A DNA stretch of 64,000 nt from Candidatus Kaiserbacteria bacterium. GTDB taxonomy: Bacteria; Patescibacteriota; Minisyncoccia; Phycocordibacterales; JABAAK01. A program made the translations under genes and the position numbers. The notes below the pieces were generated by a model. That model was not told the origin of the DNA and ran no database searches. It was given only the letters and a program-made list of their open reading frames with translations. Shown here piece by piece: positions 19,978-30,235 of the stretch. The DNA is taken from positions 59,418-123,417 of the forward strand of contig JAPOOC010000007.1 in NCBI GenBank assembly GCA_026713605.1. The letters run 5' to 3'. Each line of letters begins with the position of its first letter. Within the stretch, counting starts at the first letter, position 1.

Positions 19978-21651
19978 GTGATGTGTCTATATACTATCGG
20001 TAGTATGGATCAAAAATGCGCAATGGCAGTATTACAATCAGGCAGCAATGTTTTTCTGACCGGTGAGCCCGGAGCAGGGAAGACCCACACCATCAGTAAC
20101 TATGTTGCGTGGCTACAGAAAAAAAGGAAAGAAGTTGCAGTAACAGCATCCACCGGTATTGCAGCAAGTCATATAGGAGGCAGGACGATACACTCGTGGA
20201 GTGGTATAGGGGTGAAAGAAACATTGGGGCAGGAGGACATTGAACAAATTATGCAAAAAGGGAGAAGTGTGCAACGAATGTCCGAGACAGAGGTGCTGAT
20301 TATCGATGAGGTGTCTATGCTGAGCGGCAAGATATTAGATGCACTAGATGTGTTGCTCCGCACAGCACGAATGGACACCCGCCCATTTGGTGGCGTGCAA
20401 ATTATACTCGTTGGCGATTTTTTCCAGCTACCACCAGTATCACGAGATAGCAATACGCCATATGCATTTACAGCAGAAGTATGGAGTCGGGCAGGGCTAC
20501 AGGTATGTTACCTTACCGAGCAACATCGACAGGAAGACAACGCATTTCTTGATCTATTGCGCGCAATACGGAACGGCACGCTATCCGACGAACATTACAC
20601 CCTCCTACAGGAGCAGGACAGCATTGCAAACGGCATGCAAGAGCCGACAATGCTCCATGCACACAACCGCGAAGTAGACCAAGACAACACTGCACGACTT
20701 GAAGCACTGTCGGGGGAGCGGCGCGTGTTCACTATGGAAAAAGATGGACCAAGGGCAGTGGTTGAGGCGATGGTGAAAGGGTGCATGTCGCCAGAAGTGT
20801 TGTCTATAAAAGAAGGTGCGGTAGTGATGTTCACAAAAAATGACCCGCAACAATCATTCGTCAACGGCACGCTGGGTACAGTAACTGGGTTTAGCCGAGA
20901 AGGTGATTTGCCAATCATAGAAACCTTTGATGGAAAAACCATCGTCGCCGAACATATGCTGTGGGAAATGCACGACGGCGGTGAGCGAATCGCCGCCCTC
21001 CGACAAGTGCCACTGCGACTCGCATGGTCTATCACCATACATAAAAGTCAGGGAGCGTCGCTGGACGCAGCAGAAATAAACCTCTCCCGGGTATTCGTGG
21101 AAGGGCAGGGGTATGTCGCACTTTCCCGGGTACGCAGCTTAGCGGGACTACGCCTTGTTGGTGGCATCACACCAAAATCACTGGCTATTGCACCAATGAT
21201 ACAAGAGCAAGACCGGTTATATAAACAGGCGAGTGAGCAGGCAGAAGTAGCATTTGCCGGCGCAACGCCTGAGGAAGTGCAGGGAGAAAGCGTTGCGACA
21301 ACAGCCCCCATAAGCAAGCCACTAAAAAAAGACACCTACACCACGACCTTAGAAATGCTCCAGGACGGAAAAACATTGGAAGAGATCGTCATCACTCGTG
21401 CCATCCAGGAGAAAACAATACTCACGCACATAGAAATACTGGTTGCAAACAATGCCTTGCAGAGCAGCGACATCAAACATCTCCTCCCAAAAAACTGGGA
21501 CGAAATATATCAAGAGATACACACAGCAATCAAAAAACACACCGACGAACGCCTCAAACCCCTCTACGAACACTGCGATGAAAAATATCCATACCCACTC
21601 ATAACCCTTGCCCGGGTCACGTATCGTCTTGAAAAAAACAACACTGCATAA
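19978..21651 (+). CDS. PIF1/RecD-family ATP-dependent DNA helicase
   Basis: Walker A GEPGAGKTH, helicase motifs (LIIDEVSM, ILVGDFFQLPPV), C-terminal HTH-like domain; 557 aa. Confidence 0.7.
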   Translation: MMCLYTIGSMDQKCAMAVLQSGSNVFLTGEPGAGKTHTISNYVAWLQKKRKEVAVTASTGIAASHIGGRTIHSWSGIGVKETLGQEDIEQIMQKGRSVQRMSETEVLIIDEVSMLSGKILDALDVLLRTARMDTRPFGGVQIILVGDFFQLPPVSRDSNTPYAFTAEVWSRAGLQVCYLTEQHRQEDNAFLDLLRAIRNGTLSDEHYTLLQEQDSIANGMQEPTMLHAHNREVDQDNTARLEALSGERRVFTMEKDGPRAVVEAMVKGCMSPEVLSIKEGAVVMFTKNDPQQSFVNGTLGTVTGFSREGDLPIIETFDGKTIVAEHMLWEMHDGGERIAALRQVPLRLAWSITIHKSQGASLDAAEINLSRVFVEGQGYVALSRVRSLAGLRLVGGITPKSLAIAPMIQEQDRLYKQASEQAEVAFAGATPEEVQGESVATTAPISKPLKKDTYTTTLEMLQDGKTLEEIVITRAIQEKTILTHIEILVANNALQSSDIKHLLPKNWDEIYQEIHTAIKKHTDERLKPLYEHCDEKYPYPLITLARVTYRLEKNNTA

Positions 21652-21675
21652 AGAAAATAAATATATCCATCGCCA

Positions 21676-22614
21676 CTATTGCGTATGGAGGGTGAGGTAG
21701 ATGTGCTCCACGGCCTTGACCGCATCACCAGCAGCGATGTTATTTTGGTGAAAGAGACCATCAGTGCAATCACCAGCTGCCCAAATGTTAGCGCAAGATG
21801 ACTGCTGTGTTTTTGGATCAACAGATACTCTGCCGACAGGGTCCAGGGTAACAAGGTCTTTAACAATGTCTGTTGAAGGAATAAGACCAATTTCAACAAA
21901 GATACCTTCAACGGCAAGGGTATGTTCCTCGCTATCTTTTTTATAGGTAAGTCCTTGCACCAATGATTCGCCAAATACCGTCGCTGTTTCCGCCTCGGTA
22001 ATGCCGGTCATATTCGGGTGTGAGAGCACCTTTTTAACAGTGATCGCATCTGCTTTACTATATTCAGCACTACGGTGCAGGAGCGTAACACTTTTTGCAT
22101 ACGCAAGGAGCTGCGCAGCGGTTTCAAAGCCAGCGTTACCGCCACCAATAACAGCAACATCTTTGCCCGCGAAAAGTGGGCCGTCACAAGAGGCGCAGTA
22201 GGTAAGTCCTTTGTGCTCAAACAGATCAGCACCCGGCACTGCCAACTTGCGTCTGGTGGAGCCAGTTGCCAGGAGAATGGTTTTTGCGGAGAGGGTGTCA
22301 CCATTTGCGAGCATAACGGTAAATACACCGCCCTCTTCCGTTATTGATGCTACTCGTGCCTCAACAACAGAAAACCAGTCGCCAACATATTCTTGCAAGT
22401 GAGCTTTAAATGATTCAGCAAGGTCAGCACCACTGATACTCGGTGTGCCGATCCAGTTTTTAATGTCAGCGGAGACAACGCTCTGACCACCAAACGATTC
22501 CGCAATCAACACAGTTTTCAACTGCTTCCGAGCTGCATATACTCCTGCTGCAGTACCCGCAGGACCGCCGCCGATAATAACTGTATCTAATACTTGTTCC
22601 AAAATTTTTTCCAT
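21676..22614 (-). CDS. trxB: Thioredoxin-disulfide reductase
   Basis: FAD motif VIIGGGPAG, redox-active CASCDG, NADPH motif; 312 aa; start overlaps 3' end of ftsZ by 28 nt. Confidence 0.85.
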   Translation of the reverse strand: MEKILEQVLDTVIIGGGPAGTAAGVYAARKQLKTVLIAESFGGQSVVSADIKNWIGTPSISGADLAESFKAHLQEYVGDWFSVVEARVASITEEGGVFTVMLANGDTLSAKTILLATGSTRRKLAVPGADLFEHKGLTYCASCDGPLFAGKDVAVIGGGNAGFETAAQLLAYAKSVTLLHRSAEYSKADAITVKKVLSHPNMTGITEAETATVFGESLVQGLTYKKDSEEHTLAVEGIFVEIGLIPSTDIVKDLVTLDPVGRVSVDPKTQQSSCANIWAAGDCTDGLFHQNNIAAGDAVKAVEHIYLTLHTQ

Positions 22615-23861
22615 CCTGGTTTTTTAGTATCCTGCTCAGCATCTGTCACATACTCATCATCAAGTAGTATAGCATCATCTGAGGTGTCCGCATCAAATGA
22701 GCCAGCACTGCCAGGAGCAGTATAGTCACTCAAGCGCTCAGGGACTGACGCTGGTCTTGGTGGTGGCGCAGGGGCGGACGACTGTATCGGCACAACTTTT
22801 TTAGGTGGTGCAGGTGCAGGCGATTGTGCCGGTGCAACAGGCACATCCTGCTCAGTATGCACAGCCGTATCAGAACTATCCTGCACCTCCGACTCTCGCT
22901 CTTTAAAGTCAGTCGCTATCAACGTAATACGCATCTCCCCTTGCTTCATGTCCTTGTCGGTAGAGGTGCCGAAAATAATCTTTGCGTTCGGATCAACGGC
23001 TCCAGAAATTTGCTCCGCAACAGTTTGAACTTCACGCATAGTAACATCCGATCGGGTGCGGGACGCAATAGAAAAGAGTGCCCGTTGCGCACCGTTGATA
23101 GACACTTCCAGCAGTGGAGAAGAAATAACCCGCGTAACCGCTATTTCCGCCTTGTTGGCGCCTCGACCTGACCCAAGACCAAGGAGTGATGCGCCAGAAT
23201 TCTCAAGGATTGCGCGAATATCAGCAAAGTCAATATTGATGTCTCCGGGCTTCATAATCAACTGAGCAATACCACTCACCGCCTGCGATAAAATCTCATC
23301 ACTCAGAGTGAATGCATCTGCCATAGTGGTATCATCAGCGGCAATGGTGAGAATGTTATCATTTGGTATTGTTACCATAGCATCAGTGGCTTGTGCCAAC
23401 TCAAGTAAGCCCTCTTCAGCAATCTGCTTCCGTTTACCGCCTTCAAAGGTGAAGGGCTTCGTAACAACTGAGACGGTAAGGATACCCAAATCCTGCGCCG
23501 CCTTCGCAATAACTGGTGCTGCCCCGGTACCAGTGCCACCTCCCATACCACAGGCGATAAAAATCATATCCGCACCCTTAATGACCTCGTTAATTTCAGA
23601 GAGCGACTCCTCAGCGGATGCCCTGCCGAGCATCGGATTCATGCCAGTACCAAGCCCCTGCGTTGAGCGTTTACCAAGGTGCACCTTTCGCTCCGCTTTT
23701 GATTGTTGTAAATCCTGCGAATCAGTGTTTGCAACAATAAACTCAACACCAGGTATACCAACCTTGATCATGTGGTTAGTAGCATTTTTTCCGGATCCAC
23801 CAATGCCGACAACACGGATTCTGGCAAAAGTTTCACTTTCCGGTGGAATGACTTTTTTCAT
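22587..23861 (-). CDS. ftsZ: Cell division GTPase FtsZ
   Basis: Tubulin signature GGGTGTG, T7 loop, Pro/Ala-rich C-terminal linker and conserved C-terminal peptide; 424 aa. Confidence 0.95.
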   Translation of the reverse strand: MKKVIPPESETFARIRVVGIGGSGKNATNHMIKVGIPGVEFIVANTDSQDLQQSKAERKVHLGKRSTQGLGTGMNPMLGRASAEESLSEINEVIKGADMIFIACGMGGGTGTGAAPVIAKAAQDLGILTVSVVTKPFTFEGGKRKQIAEEGLLELAQATDAMVTIPNDNILTIAADDTTMADAFTLSDEILSQAVSGIAQLIMKPGDINIDFADIRAILENSGASLLGLGSGRGANKAEIAVTRVISSPLLEVSINGAQRALFSIASRTRSDVTMREVQTVAEQISGAVDPNAKIIFGTSTDKDMKQGEMRITLIATDFKERESEVQDSSDTAVHTEQDVPVAPAQSPAPAPPKKVVPIQSSAPAPPPRPASVPERLSDYTAPGSAGSFDADTSDDAILLDDEYVTDAEQDTKKPGWKKFWNKY

Positions 23862-23916
23862 ATCGTACTATTACTATACACCCGCACACCAAAAACAGCA
23901 AATCATCCAACCAACA

Positions 23917-25119
23917 TCATCGCAATATCTTTAGTGCTGTGTGTAAAACCCCCATAATTTTCTCTAAAAAAGAGGGTTTCTCGTAGTACACAGCAGAACC
24001 ATGGTCCTGCCGAGCAACCGCACCACAGAGTGCCGCATATGCGGTGTGCCATGCTGTCTGATGGGTGTGTCGCTGACTTTGAATATGATACGGTGTTTTC
24101 GCATAAAATGAATGCAGACCAATCGCTTTTTCTACAAGCACATCCATAGCAGGGTAAAGCGACCCCTTCCCGAGCAACATAACACCACCAGGAAAATCTT
24201 TTTGAGCATCTATTTCCTTGAGGTAGGGAAGCAGGCATTTTTTTAAAGTGAGGGTAATTTTTTTATTAATCCGTTGCACATCTTGTTTTTTAAGCGGCGA
24301 ATCTTCAGTGGTAAGAGCCAACTTATACTGCTCCGCCTCCTCGGGCGAAACCTTTTTTAACAGCGCTATGGCATTCGTGATGGTGTTACCACCAAATGGC
24401 AAAACACGCACACCTGCCGGCACGCCGTTCTGGTATATGGTGATGTTGGTAAATTCAGTGCCAATATCACACACCACAACACCTTGCTCTTTCTGTCGAT
24501 CTGACAACAGCGCACCGTTAATAATCGCTGCTGGTTGCGCCATACGAATCGCCGCTATATGCTCAGCACTCTCCAGCAAGGCACCCAAAAAAGCCCCTGG
24601 CGCCAAGAGGTATACATAGGTCAAGTGCAACGACTTCGTCGCAGTAAACTCATACGGATCATACAAAATCTCCTCACCATCCGCAATGAGAGAGACAATG
24701 GCAAAATAGGCGCATTTTTTATGCCGATGTGTCCGATGGATGCGTTCTTGTATCTTTTCTTTCTGAGTAGCTAACCATTGCTCGGTAATGTGAACACTGC
24801 TTCTACTTTGTATATCCTGCAAACCGATTGTTTTCTTGAAAAAACAAATATCCGGATGGGTATAAGAGAGTAGCATCTCGTCAATGTCGTAACCCGAAAA
24901 AGAAGACAGTGCATCCAGCGCTCTGCGCATAGTGTGCGTAAGATTTTTTTTATGGGTGACGACACCCTGCCTTGATATTCCTTGCATAGGCACTGTCGCT
25001 CCCTGCAGCTCAAAAAATGGTTTAGACAACTGCACGGGCTCGCTATACGAACCAACCAACACTTTTATGTGCATATTGCCCACATCCATCGAAACGATGT
25101 TTCTTTCCCGCTGTTTCAT
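23917..25119 (-). CDS. ftsA: Cell division protein FtsA (actin-like ATPase)
   Basis: Actin/Hsp70-fold motifs, position immediately upstream of ftsZ; 400 aa. Confidence 0.85.
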   Translation of the reverse strand: MKQRERNIVSMDVGNMHIKVLVGSYSEPVQLSKPFFELQGATVPMQGISRQGVVTHKKNLTHTMRRALDALSSFSGYDIDEMLLSYTHPDICFFKKTIGLQDIQSRSSVHITEQWLATQKEKIQERIHRTHRHKKCAYFAIVSLIADGEEILYDPYEFTATKSLHLTYVYLLAPGAFLGALLESAEHIAAIRMAQPAAIINGALLSDRQKEQGVVVCDIGTEFTNITIYQNGVPAGVRVLPFGGNTITNAIALLKKVSPEEAEQYKLALTTEDSPLKKQDVQRINKKITLTLKKCLLPYLKEIDAQKDFPGGVMLLGKGSLYPAMDVLVEKAIGLHSFYAKTPYHIQSQRHTHQTAWHTAYAALCGAVARQDHGSAVYYEKPSFLEKIMGVLHTALKILR

Positions 25120-25133
25120 ACAATGTTCTCAGG

Positions 25134-25517
25134 TTATGTATACATTGTAATATATCTATCCTCCAGCATCTCCATTTGCACACCATGCCGATAGCCGAGA
25201 AGATGCAGCATGCCGTGGATACAGAGAAAGAGGATCTGCTTTTTTATTGAAATATGGTGCTTTTCCGCCGTTTTCGCTGCCAAAGTGGTATTGATGTAGA
25301 GTTCAGCCACACCACCCTCATTCGGCGGAAAGGTAAGGACATTTGCCGGAGCATCTTTCCCACGGTGTACCTTATTCAGTTTTTGTGAAAACGCATTACC
25401 AATACAGACAATATTAAGCGAGCAAGTTTTTGCAAGGAGGTCAGTGTAGAGGGCGGTCATAGCCATCCGTGGCACACGAACTGCCGTTTCATTAAAGACA
25501 TGCACCTGCCCAATCGC
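25134..25517 (-). CDS. ybeY: rRNA maturation endoribonuclease YbeY
   Basis: HGMLHLLGYRH zinc-binding H3 motif; start trimmed from ORF-track 25643 to the Met that avoids overlap with rpsU. Confidence 0.7.
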   Translation of the reverse strand, partial: AIGQVHVFNETAVRVPRMAMTALYTDLLAKTCSLNIVCIGNAFSQKLNKVHRGKDAPANVLTFPPNEGGVAELYINTTLAAKTAEKHHISIKKQILFLCIHGMLHLLGYRHGVQMEMLEDRYITMYT

Positions 25518-25524
25518 CGACATA

Positions 25525-25764
25525 CTACTTGCCGTGCGGTGTCGGTATTTTTCCTTCGCGCTGTGCTTTCTCATAGGTCGCCTGTTTTGTGAGCCGGTTA
25601 ATACAGTCCTTCCTTCTGATATTTTTTGACAACTTCCTGCCATAGAACCGTTTCTGTTTCACCGAAGTTTGAATACCCGATGAACGAAAATGCTTAAGAA
25701 AGCGACGATACAACGATGCCGCCCCTTCATTAGCATGTTTTTTCATTATAATACTATCTGCCAT
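25525..25764 (-). CDS. rpsU: 30S ribosomal protein S21-like
   Basis: Small, very basic; LYRRFLKHF...KQKRFYGRK resembles the S21 ALRRFKR...REFYEKP pattern. Confidence 0.5.
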   Translation of the reverse strand: MADSIIMKKHANEGAASLYRRFLKHFRSSGIQTSVKQKRFYGRKLSKNIRRKDCINRLTKQATYEKAQREGKIPTPHGK

Positions 25765-25792
25765 AGTGCTTATAGTATAGCAGGAAATGAGG

Positions 25793-25829
25793 TATAGAAA
25801 AAGAGGACACCTATTAGGTAGGTGTCCTC
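25793..25829 (-). terminator. Rho-independent terminator of the coiled-coil protein gene
   Basis: 11-bp stem GAGGACACCTA-TTAG-TAGGTGTCCTC followed on the minus strand by U5. Confidence 0.7.
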
Positions 25830-25849
25830 TGTGGTGGGACTAGGTGGCT

Positions 25850-27520
25850 TTACGCCACCAGGTAAGGGACAATCTCGGTGGTGCCGAGGTGTTCCGCGGT
25901 CTGCCCGGGGGGCAGAATGCGGATGCGGGAGTTGAAGCCACGGTCGACTTCAAACTCCTCGGAGAGGGTCTTTCCGACTGGAATCGTCCGGAACAGAACC
26001 TCTTCCTCTTCGTCGTCTCTGATCTGGACGGCGAAGGTAATCTCCGTCTCCTGTGGCAGACGGAGAGAGATTGCATAGTAGGCGACCTCGTCATCCCCTC
26101 CGAGACGACGAGGTTCAAGGACGCAGCCGGACGCCCGTAAGGCATCCTTTACTGCATCCTGCAGCTCGCCGCATTGCGCAACAAGTGCTGATTTCTCAGC
26201 ATTCGCCGCCTCAAGGGCGACGCCGAGCTCGGTATTCTGCCGCTCAGCAGCGACGAGGGCGGAGAAGCGACGCTCAGCAGCAACCGCTTCAACTTCTGCT
26301 GATTCAGCGACTTTCGCCGCCTCATCAGCAGAAACTCTCGCCGCCACTTGTGCGGCCTCTGCCGCATCAAGATCTGCGGTCAAGGCAGAAACTTGCGTTT
26401 CTGCGTGCCGCAGGTCAGCAGCGAGGCGACCGATTGCAACATCGGCTTTCCGTGCCTCGCCGTTGAGGCGGCTGAGCCCTTCCGACGCCTCATCGTGTGC
26501 CGCCTCGGCATCAGAGAGGGCACTCGCAAGACCGTCGGCATCAAGAACCTTGACACCGTTTTCAATGGCCTTCGCTGCCGCTTCGGACGCCTGTTTCGCC
26601 TCAGCGAGAGCGGCCTCCGATGTAAGGGCGGCTTTCGCCGCCTCTTCAACGGCCTCCCAAGCGCTCTCAGCACCGCTGATAGCGTCTTGGTGGGCACCTT
26701 GTAGGTGCCCTTGTTCCGCCTCGGCGGTCTGCAGGGTACCCTGCAGAGCTACCACCTGCTGCTTTGCAGCAGCAAGGTTTGCCGTCGAAGCAGCAAGATC
26801 CGCCGCAGCAAGATCCGCCACCTTGCGCTCTTCAAAAGCGCTAAGGCGGACTTGCACGCCGGCAGCGTGCGCTTCCGCGCGCTCCGCATGCTCCCGCAGC
26901 GGAGTCGCGACGGCTTCTGCCGTCGCTTGTGCGGTCTCGGCAGCGTGCCGCGCTTCCACCGCTTCAGCGGCCGTTTTCTCGGCAACCGCCAAAGCATCGT
27001 TAGATGCTTGGAGGGCGCCTTCGATTTTGGCGATCTTGTCGTCTGTCACCTTGGCTTCCGCCTTAGCGGTTTCAACCGCCTCCTTGGCGACTTGAAGGTC
27101 CTTCTCCAGACCTTCAACGGTCGCCTCAGCGGCGTCAAGATCCTCTTCGGAGGACTCTAAGTCCTCCTCAAGACCCTTGATGTTCTCAAGGGTCTTGGGA
27201 TCCGGCGCCATGAGCTGCAACACCGGACCCACCATGGCTGCGATGATGAATACCACCGCTTCCATCTGGCCGAACACCAAAGAAGGTGTCCAGCCAAATC
27301 CGACAAATCCAGCCGCCAGAAGTAGGGCGAGCAGACCAAGGATCCCCCCTCCCATGCGGGGGAAAAACGAGTTTTCGTAACTCCGCACCATGATCAGTGC
27401 GGAACTTAGCAGCAGCAAAGCTGCTGCTGATACTGTCTGGGTTTCCGCATCAAGTGCGGAAAAGGCCACGACGGTCACCGCAGTGAGCATCAAGGCTGCG
27501 ATCGCAATCATTCTCTTCAT
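25850..27520 (-). CDS. Polytopic membrane-anchored, Ala/Glu-rich coiled-coil protein (unknown function)
   Basis: Start set at MKRMIAIAAL with strong SD AGGAGG (ORF track extends to 27646); ~4 TM segments, ~380 aa heptad-like Ala/Glu/Lys repeats, small C-terminal domain; locally much higher GC than neighbours. Confidence 0.65.
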   Translation of the reverse strand: MKRMIAIAALMLTAVTVVAFSALDAETQTVSAAALLLLSSALIMVRSYENSFFPRMGGGILGLLALLLAAGFVGFGWTPSLVFGQMEAVVFIIAAMVGPVLQLMAPDPKTLENIKGLEEDLESSEEDLDAAEATVEGLEKDLQVAKEAVETAKAEAKVTDDKIAKIEGALQASNDALAVAEKTAAEAVEARHAAETAQATAEAVATPLREHAERAEAHAAGVQVRLSAFEERKVADLAAADLAASTANLAAAKQQVVALQGTLQTAEAEQGHLQGAHQDAISGAESAWEAVEEAAKAALTSEAALAEAKQASEAAAKAIENGVKVLDADGLASALSDAEAAHDEASEGLSRLNGEARKADVAIGRLAADLRHAETQVSALTADLDAAEAAQVAARVSADEAAKVAESAEVEAVAAERRFSALVAAERQNTELGVALEAANAEKSALVAQCGELQDAVKDALRASGCVLEPRRLGGDDEVAYYAISLRLPQETEITFAVQIRDDEEEEVLFRTIPVGKTLSEEFEVDRGFNSRIRILPPGQTAEHLGTTEIVPYLVA

Positions 27521-27750
27521 TTCTTTTCCTCCTGGCAAGCACTCGCTTGCCATCTTTATGCCCTCTTCTCTTTGAGGAGGGCGAAGTTCTTTGTAATTTG
27601 TAATGTTCAAAGCGGGGGATATGCACAAAACCCCTACCTCCATCACAAATTATACATAATGATATAATATCATAAAACAGCAAAAAACGCAAGTTTCAAA
27701 GCCACCCCAAAAACAGCAAAAACACCTCTATCTTGAGGGGTTTTAAGTAC

Positions 27751-27782
27751 AAAAAAAAACCAACACCTAAACCGGGTGTTGG
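27751..27782 (-). terminator. Rho-independent terminator (minus strand) downstream of hisS region
   Basis: CCAACACC-TAAACCG-GGTGTTGG hairpin followed on the minus strand by U9. Confidence 0.65.
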
Positions 27783-27800
27783 TTCTGTATCTAGACGCGC

Positions 27801-28004
27801 CTATTGAGCGGCGTCTATCTCCGTCGTGAGGAGTTCCTGCGCCTTCTCGGCGCGCGAGGCACCTGCCGAAATAAATTCGGCAAGCCCTCCAATGTCCCAC
27901 ACCTCATGGAGATGGTGGGGGTGATAGGGGCCACCTATTGCGACCCCTCCCAAACCACTGCGATCTGGTTCGAAGAGGATGGTGCCTTTAATCTCGAAAT
28001 GCAT
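27801..28004 (-). CDS. Hypothetical small protein between hisS and its terminator
   Basis: 67-aa ORF bracketed by hisS stop and a minus-strand terminator; no family recognised. Confidence 0.25.
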   Translation of the reverse strand: MHFEIKGTILFEPDRSGLGGVAIGGPYHPHHLHEVWDIGGLAEFISAGASRAEKAQELLTTEIDAAQ

Positions 28005-28108
28005 CCTCTCAATCTCCGGGCGGGTGGAGAAGATGAGGATTGACTCAGGGCCTAGATGGACCCTGAGCTCCTCAGCGATGAGGTGGTCCTCGCTACACCA
28101 AAAAACCC

Positions 28109-29287
28109 TTATTTTTTAAGGAATTCTCGGGCTGTTTGGAGGGATTCTTCGGTCAAATCTACCATTCTGGATGCCCTGGTATCAGTTTTTCGGATACAAA
28201 TTACATTATTTTCGGCCTCTTCCTGCCCAAAAACAATGGTGTAAGGGTACGATCGTGCCTCATCGTTAAGTTGGTCAGCAACCCTGGTATAGTGGAGGCG
28301 GTGAGCCACGGGGATATTTGCCTCATAGAGCTGAGAGATGACACCGAGAGAACGCAGGCGCGCTGTTTCACCAGTGTGAAAAAAGAACGCTTTTGGCTTT
28401 CTTGGACGAGATTTTGGCTGATGCGTGCCAACCGCTTTTTCGGGGAGGGTAATGGTTATTGAGGTGGTCGGTATTTTGCGACGGTAAAGGTGGTAGGGCA
28501 GGGTGTCATAGCGGGCACCACGAGCATACAACGGCGAGTGCTCATCATTGATTTCAAAAGCGGTGTGAATCCCGTACCGGGTAAGTTCAACAACATCGGG
28601 TGCGAGTTCATAGGGTAGCTGGTGTGCTTCCAGATATTCTATAACCCGCTCAAAATGTTGCCGCGCCTTTTCTGAGAGCAGTCGTAGTGTCGGCGTGATG
28701 TACTCCGACACACCAACATGCTCGGGAGCATACAGACGAGGGTGCACTTCACAAACTCTGTCTTCGCCGAGGAGTTTTTGACATGCGGGATCTATGTTTT
28801 TCTTCACCTTGCGGAGTGTCTTCGCCAACTTTGAGAAATAGAGTTTTGAATCGTCAGCAGTACCCATCGAGTTAATGCGAATGCGATAGGCATCCGACTT
28901 CAGTGAGCGAAAGATGTGGCTGGCACAGGAGAGGAGCAAGGCCTCAGCATACGAATCGCGCACCCCCACAACAGTAAGCGTAAAGTAGGTATCACCAGGT
29001 TTTTTTGATCGAGTAACCGCTGACTTAGTGTCTTTATCTACATTGCTGTGAAAGAGAAACATCGGCTCATACTCATAGGTATGCAGTGCCCGTTCAAAAT
29101 AGAACCGTAATATGAGAGAGAGATGCTGTAAATGCGCTTCAGTCGGTTTTTTGTGCATCGTAATTTTCGTACGCTTCATGCGTCTGTAATCTTTAAACAC
29201 TTCGTTAATTGGTCCAAAACCGTAAAGACCGGCAATCTTATGTGCCTTATCAAAGAATTTTTCAGGGGTGATAGTAAAGGACCGCAT
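28109..29287 (-). CDS. hisS: Histidine--tRNA ligase
   Basis: Class II aaRS motifs 1-3 and HisRS-specific regions; 392 aa. Confidence 0.85.
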   Translation of the reverse strand: MRSFTITPEKFFDKAHKIAGLYGFGPINEVFKDYRRMKRTKITMHKKPTEAHLQHLSLILRFYFERALHTYEYEPMFLFHSNVDKDTKSAVTRSKKPGDTYFTLTVVGVRDSYAEALLLSCASHIFRSLKSDAYRIRINSMGTADDSKLYFSKLAKTLRKVKKNIDPACQKLLGEDRVCEVHPRLYAPEHVGVSEYITPTLRLLSEKARQHFERVIEYLEAHQLPYELAPDVVELTRYGIHTAFEINDEHSPLYARGARYDTLPYHLYRRKIPTTSITITLPEKAVGTHQPKSRPRKPKAFFFHTGETARLRSLGVISQLYEANIPVAHRLHYTRVADQLNDEARSYPYTIVFGQEEAENNVICIRKTDTRASRMVDLTEESLQTAREFLKK

Positions 29288-29298
29288 AATACAATATA

Positions 29299-29958
29299 TT
29301 ATAACACATGAGATGGGTACAGGTCAACATTTCCCGGCAACACCGCCGCCTCATCAAAAGGGTAGAGGCGCAACACCACCCGTCCGATGATGCGATCTTT
29401 CGTGAGCGCCCCCCACACCCGAGAATCCAAGCTGTTCATCCGGTTGTCACCAAGGATGAGGTACTGATCGCCACCTAATTGTATGGTCTGATTTTTATAC
29501 AACGGCAATTGCTCCTGATTAATATACGGCTCGTGCAGGGTGAAAGAGGTGTTATCAGCGGTGGTAACCTCAATAGTAGTATCAGAAAGCCGAATGTGCT
29601 CATTTGGGAGCCCAATGATTCGTTTTAAGAGGTGTTTCCCTGGTTCAATAGGACTTTTTGCGACTATCACATCAAATCGTTGTGGATCTTCCAAAAAACG
29701 ATAAGAAAACGCATCAATAATAAGATAATCACCCGCTATAAGCGATGACGATTCGGAAGCAGCAACAAAAGAGGCATTAAATGATGGATACATTGATATA
29801 CCGTTTACCAGAAAAGGGCGGAAACCAAAGAACCATACAAAAATAGCGGATACGATGCCAGCAGTCATAACAATTGTTTTAGTTATGTCTACCCCATACC
29901 ACCCCGCCTTCTTTGCTGTGGCAGTGTTCTGTGTTACTGTGTTGTTCATATACACCAA
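29299..29958 (-). CDS. lepB: Signal peptidase I
   Basis: N-terminal TM, catalytic Ser box GISMYPSF, Lys box, GDNRMNSLDSR box; 219 aa. Confidence 0.85.
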   Translation of the reverse strand: MVYMNNTVTQNTATAKKAGWYGVDITKTIVMTAGIVSAIFVWFFGFRPFLVNGISMYPSFNASFVAASESSSLIAGDYLIIDAFSYRFLEDPQRFDVIVAKSPIEPGKHLLKRIIGLPNEHIRLSDTTIEVTTADNTSFTLHEPYINQEQLPLYKNQTIQLGGDQYLILGDNRMNSLDSRVWGALTKDRIIGRVVLRLYPFDEAAVLPGNVDLYPSHVL

Positions 29959-30235
29959 GTAAACAGGTAACAGTATAGCATAGAAATCACCCTAAATCAG
30001 GAATTCTGTCAAGTTGGGGAGCGTTACATTCAATATTTAATTGCAACACCAGTCAGTTTTGAGTATGGCTACATGCAAGAAATACAGGGAAAAGAAGTTG
30101 CCGTGAGCAACTTGTTACCTATGAGTGTTGCTACACCGAGCGAAAGACACCACGACGCTGTTTGTTTGCACCACCGGTAGCGGGTTGCCTCCTGTGCGAC
30201 GATAAGTTGCACAAAAGGTACTATACTACCACTGT

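Noticed and set aside
26053-27160. Multiple overlapping ORFs on both strands inside the GC-rich coiled-coil gene (26053..26466, 26463..27095, 26705..27160 etc.)
   Set aside because: High GC and Ala-codon periodicity suppress stops in all frames. Only the minus-strand frame has TM segments, a coherent coiled coil and an SD/start.
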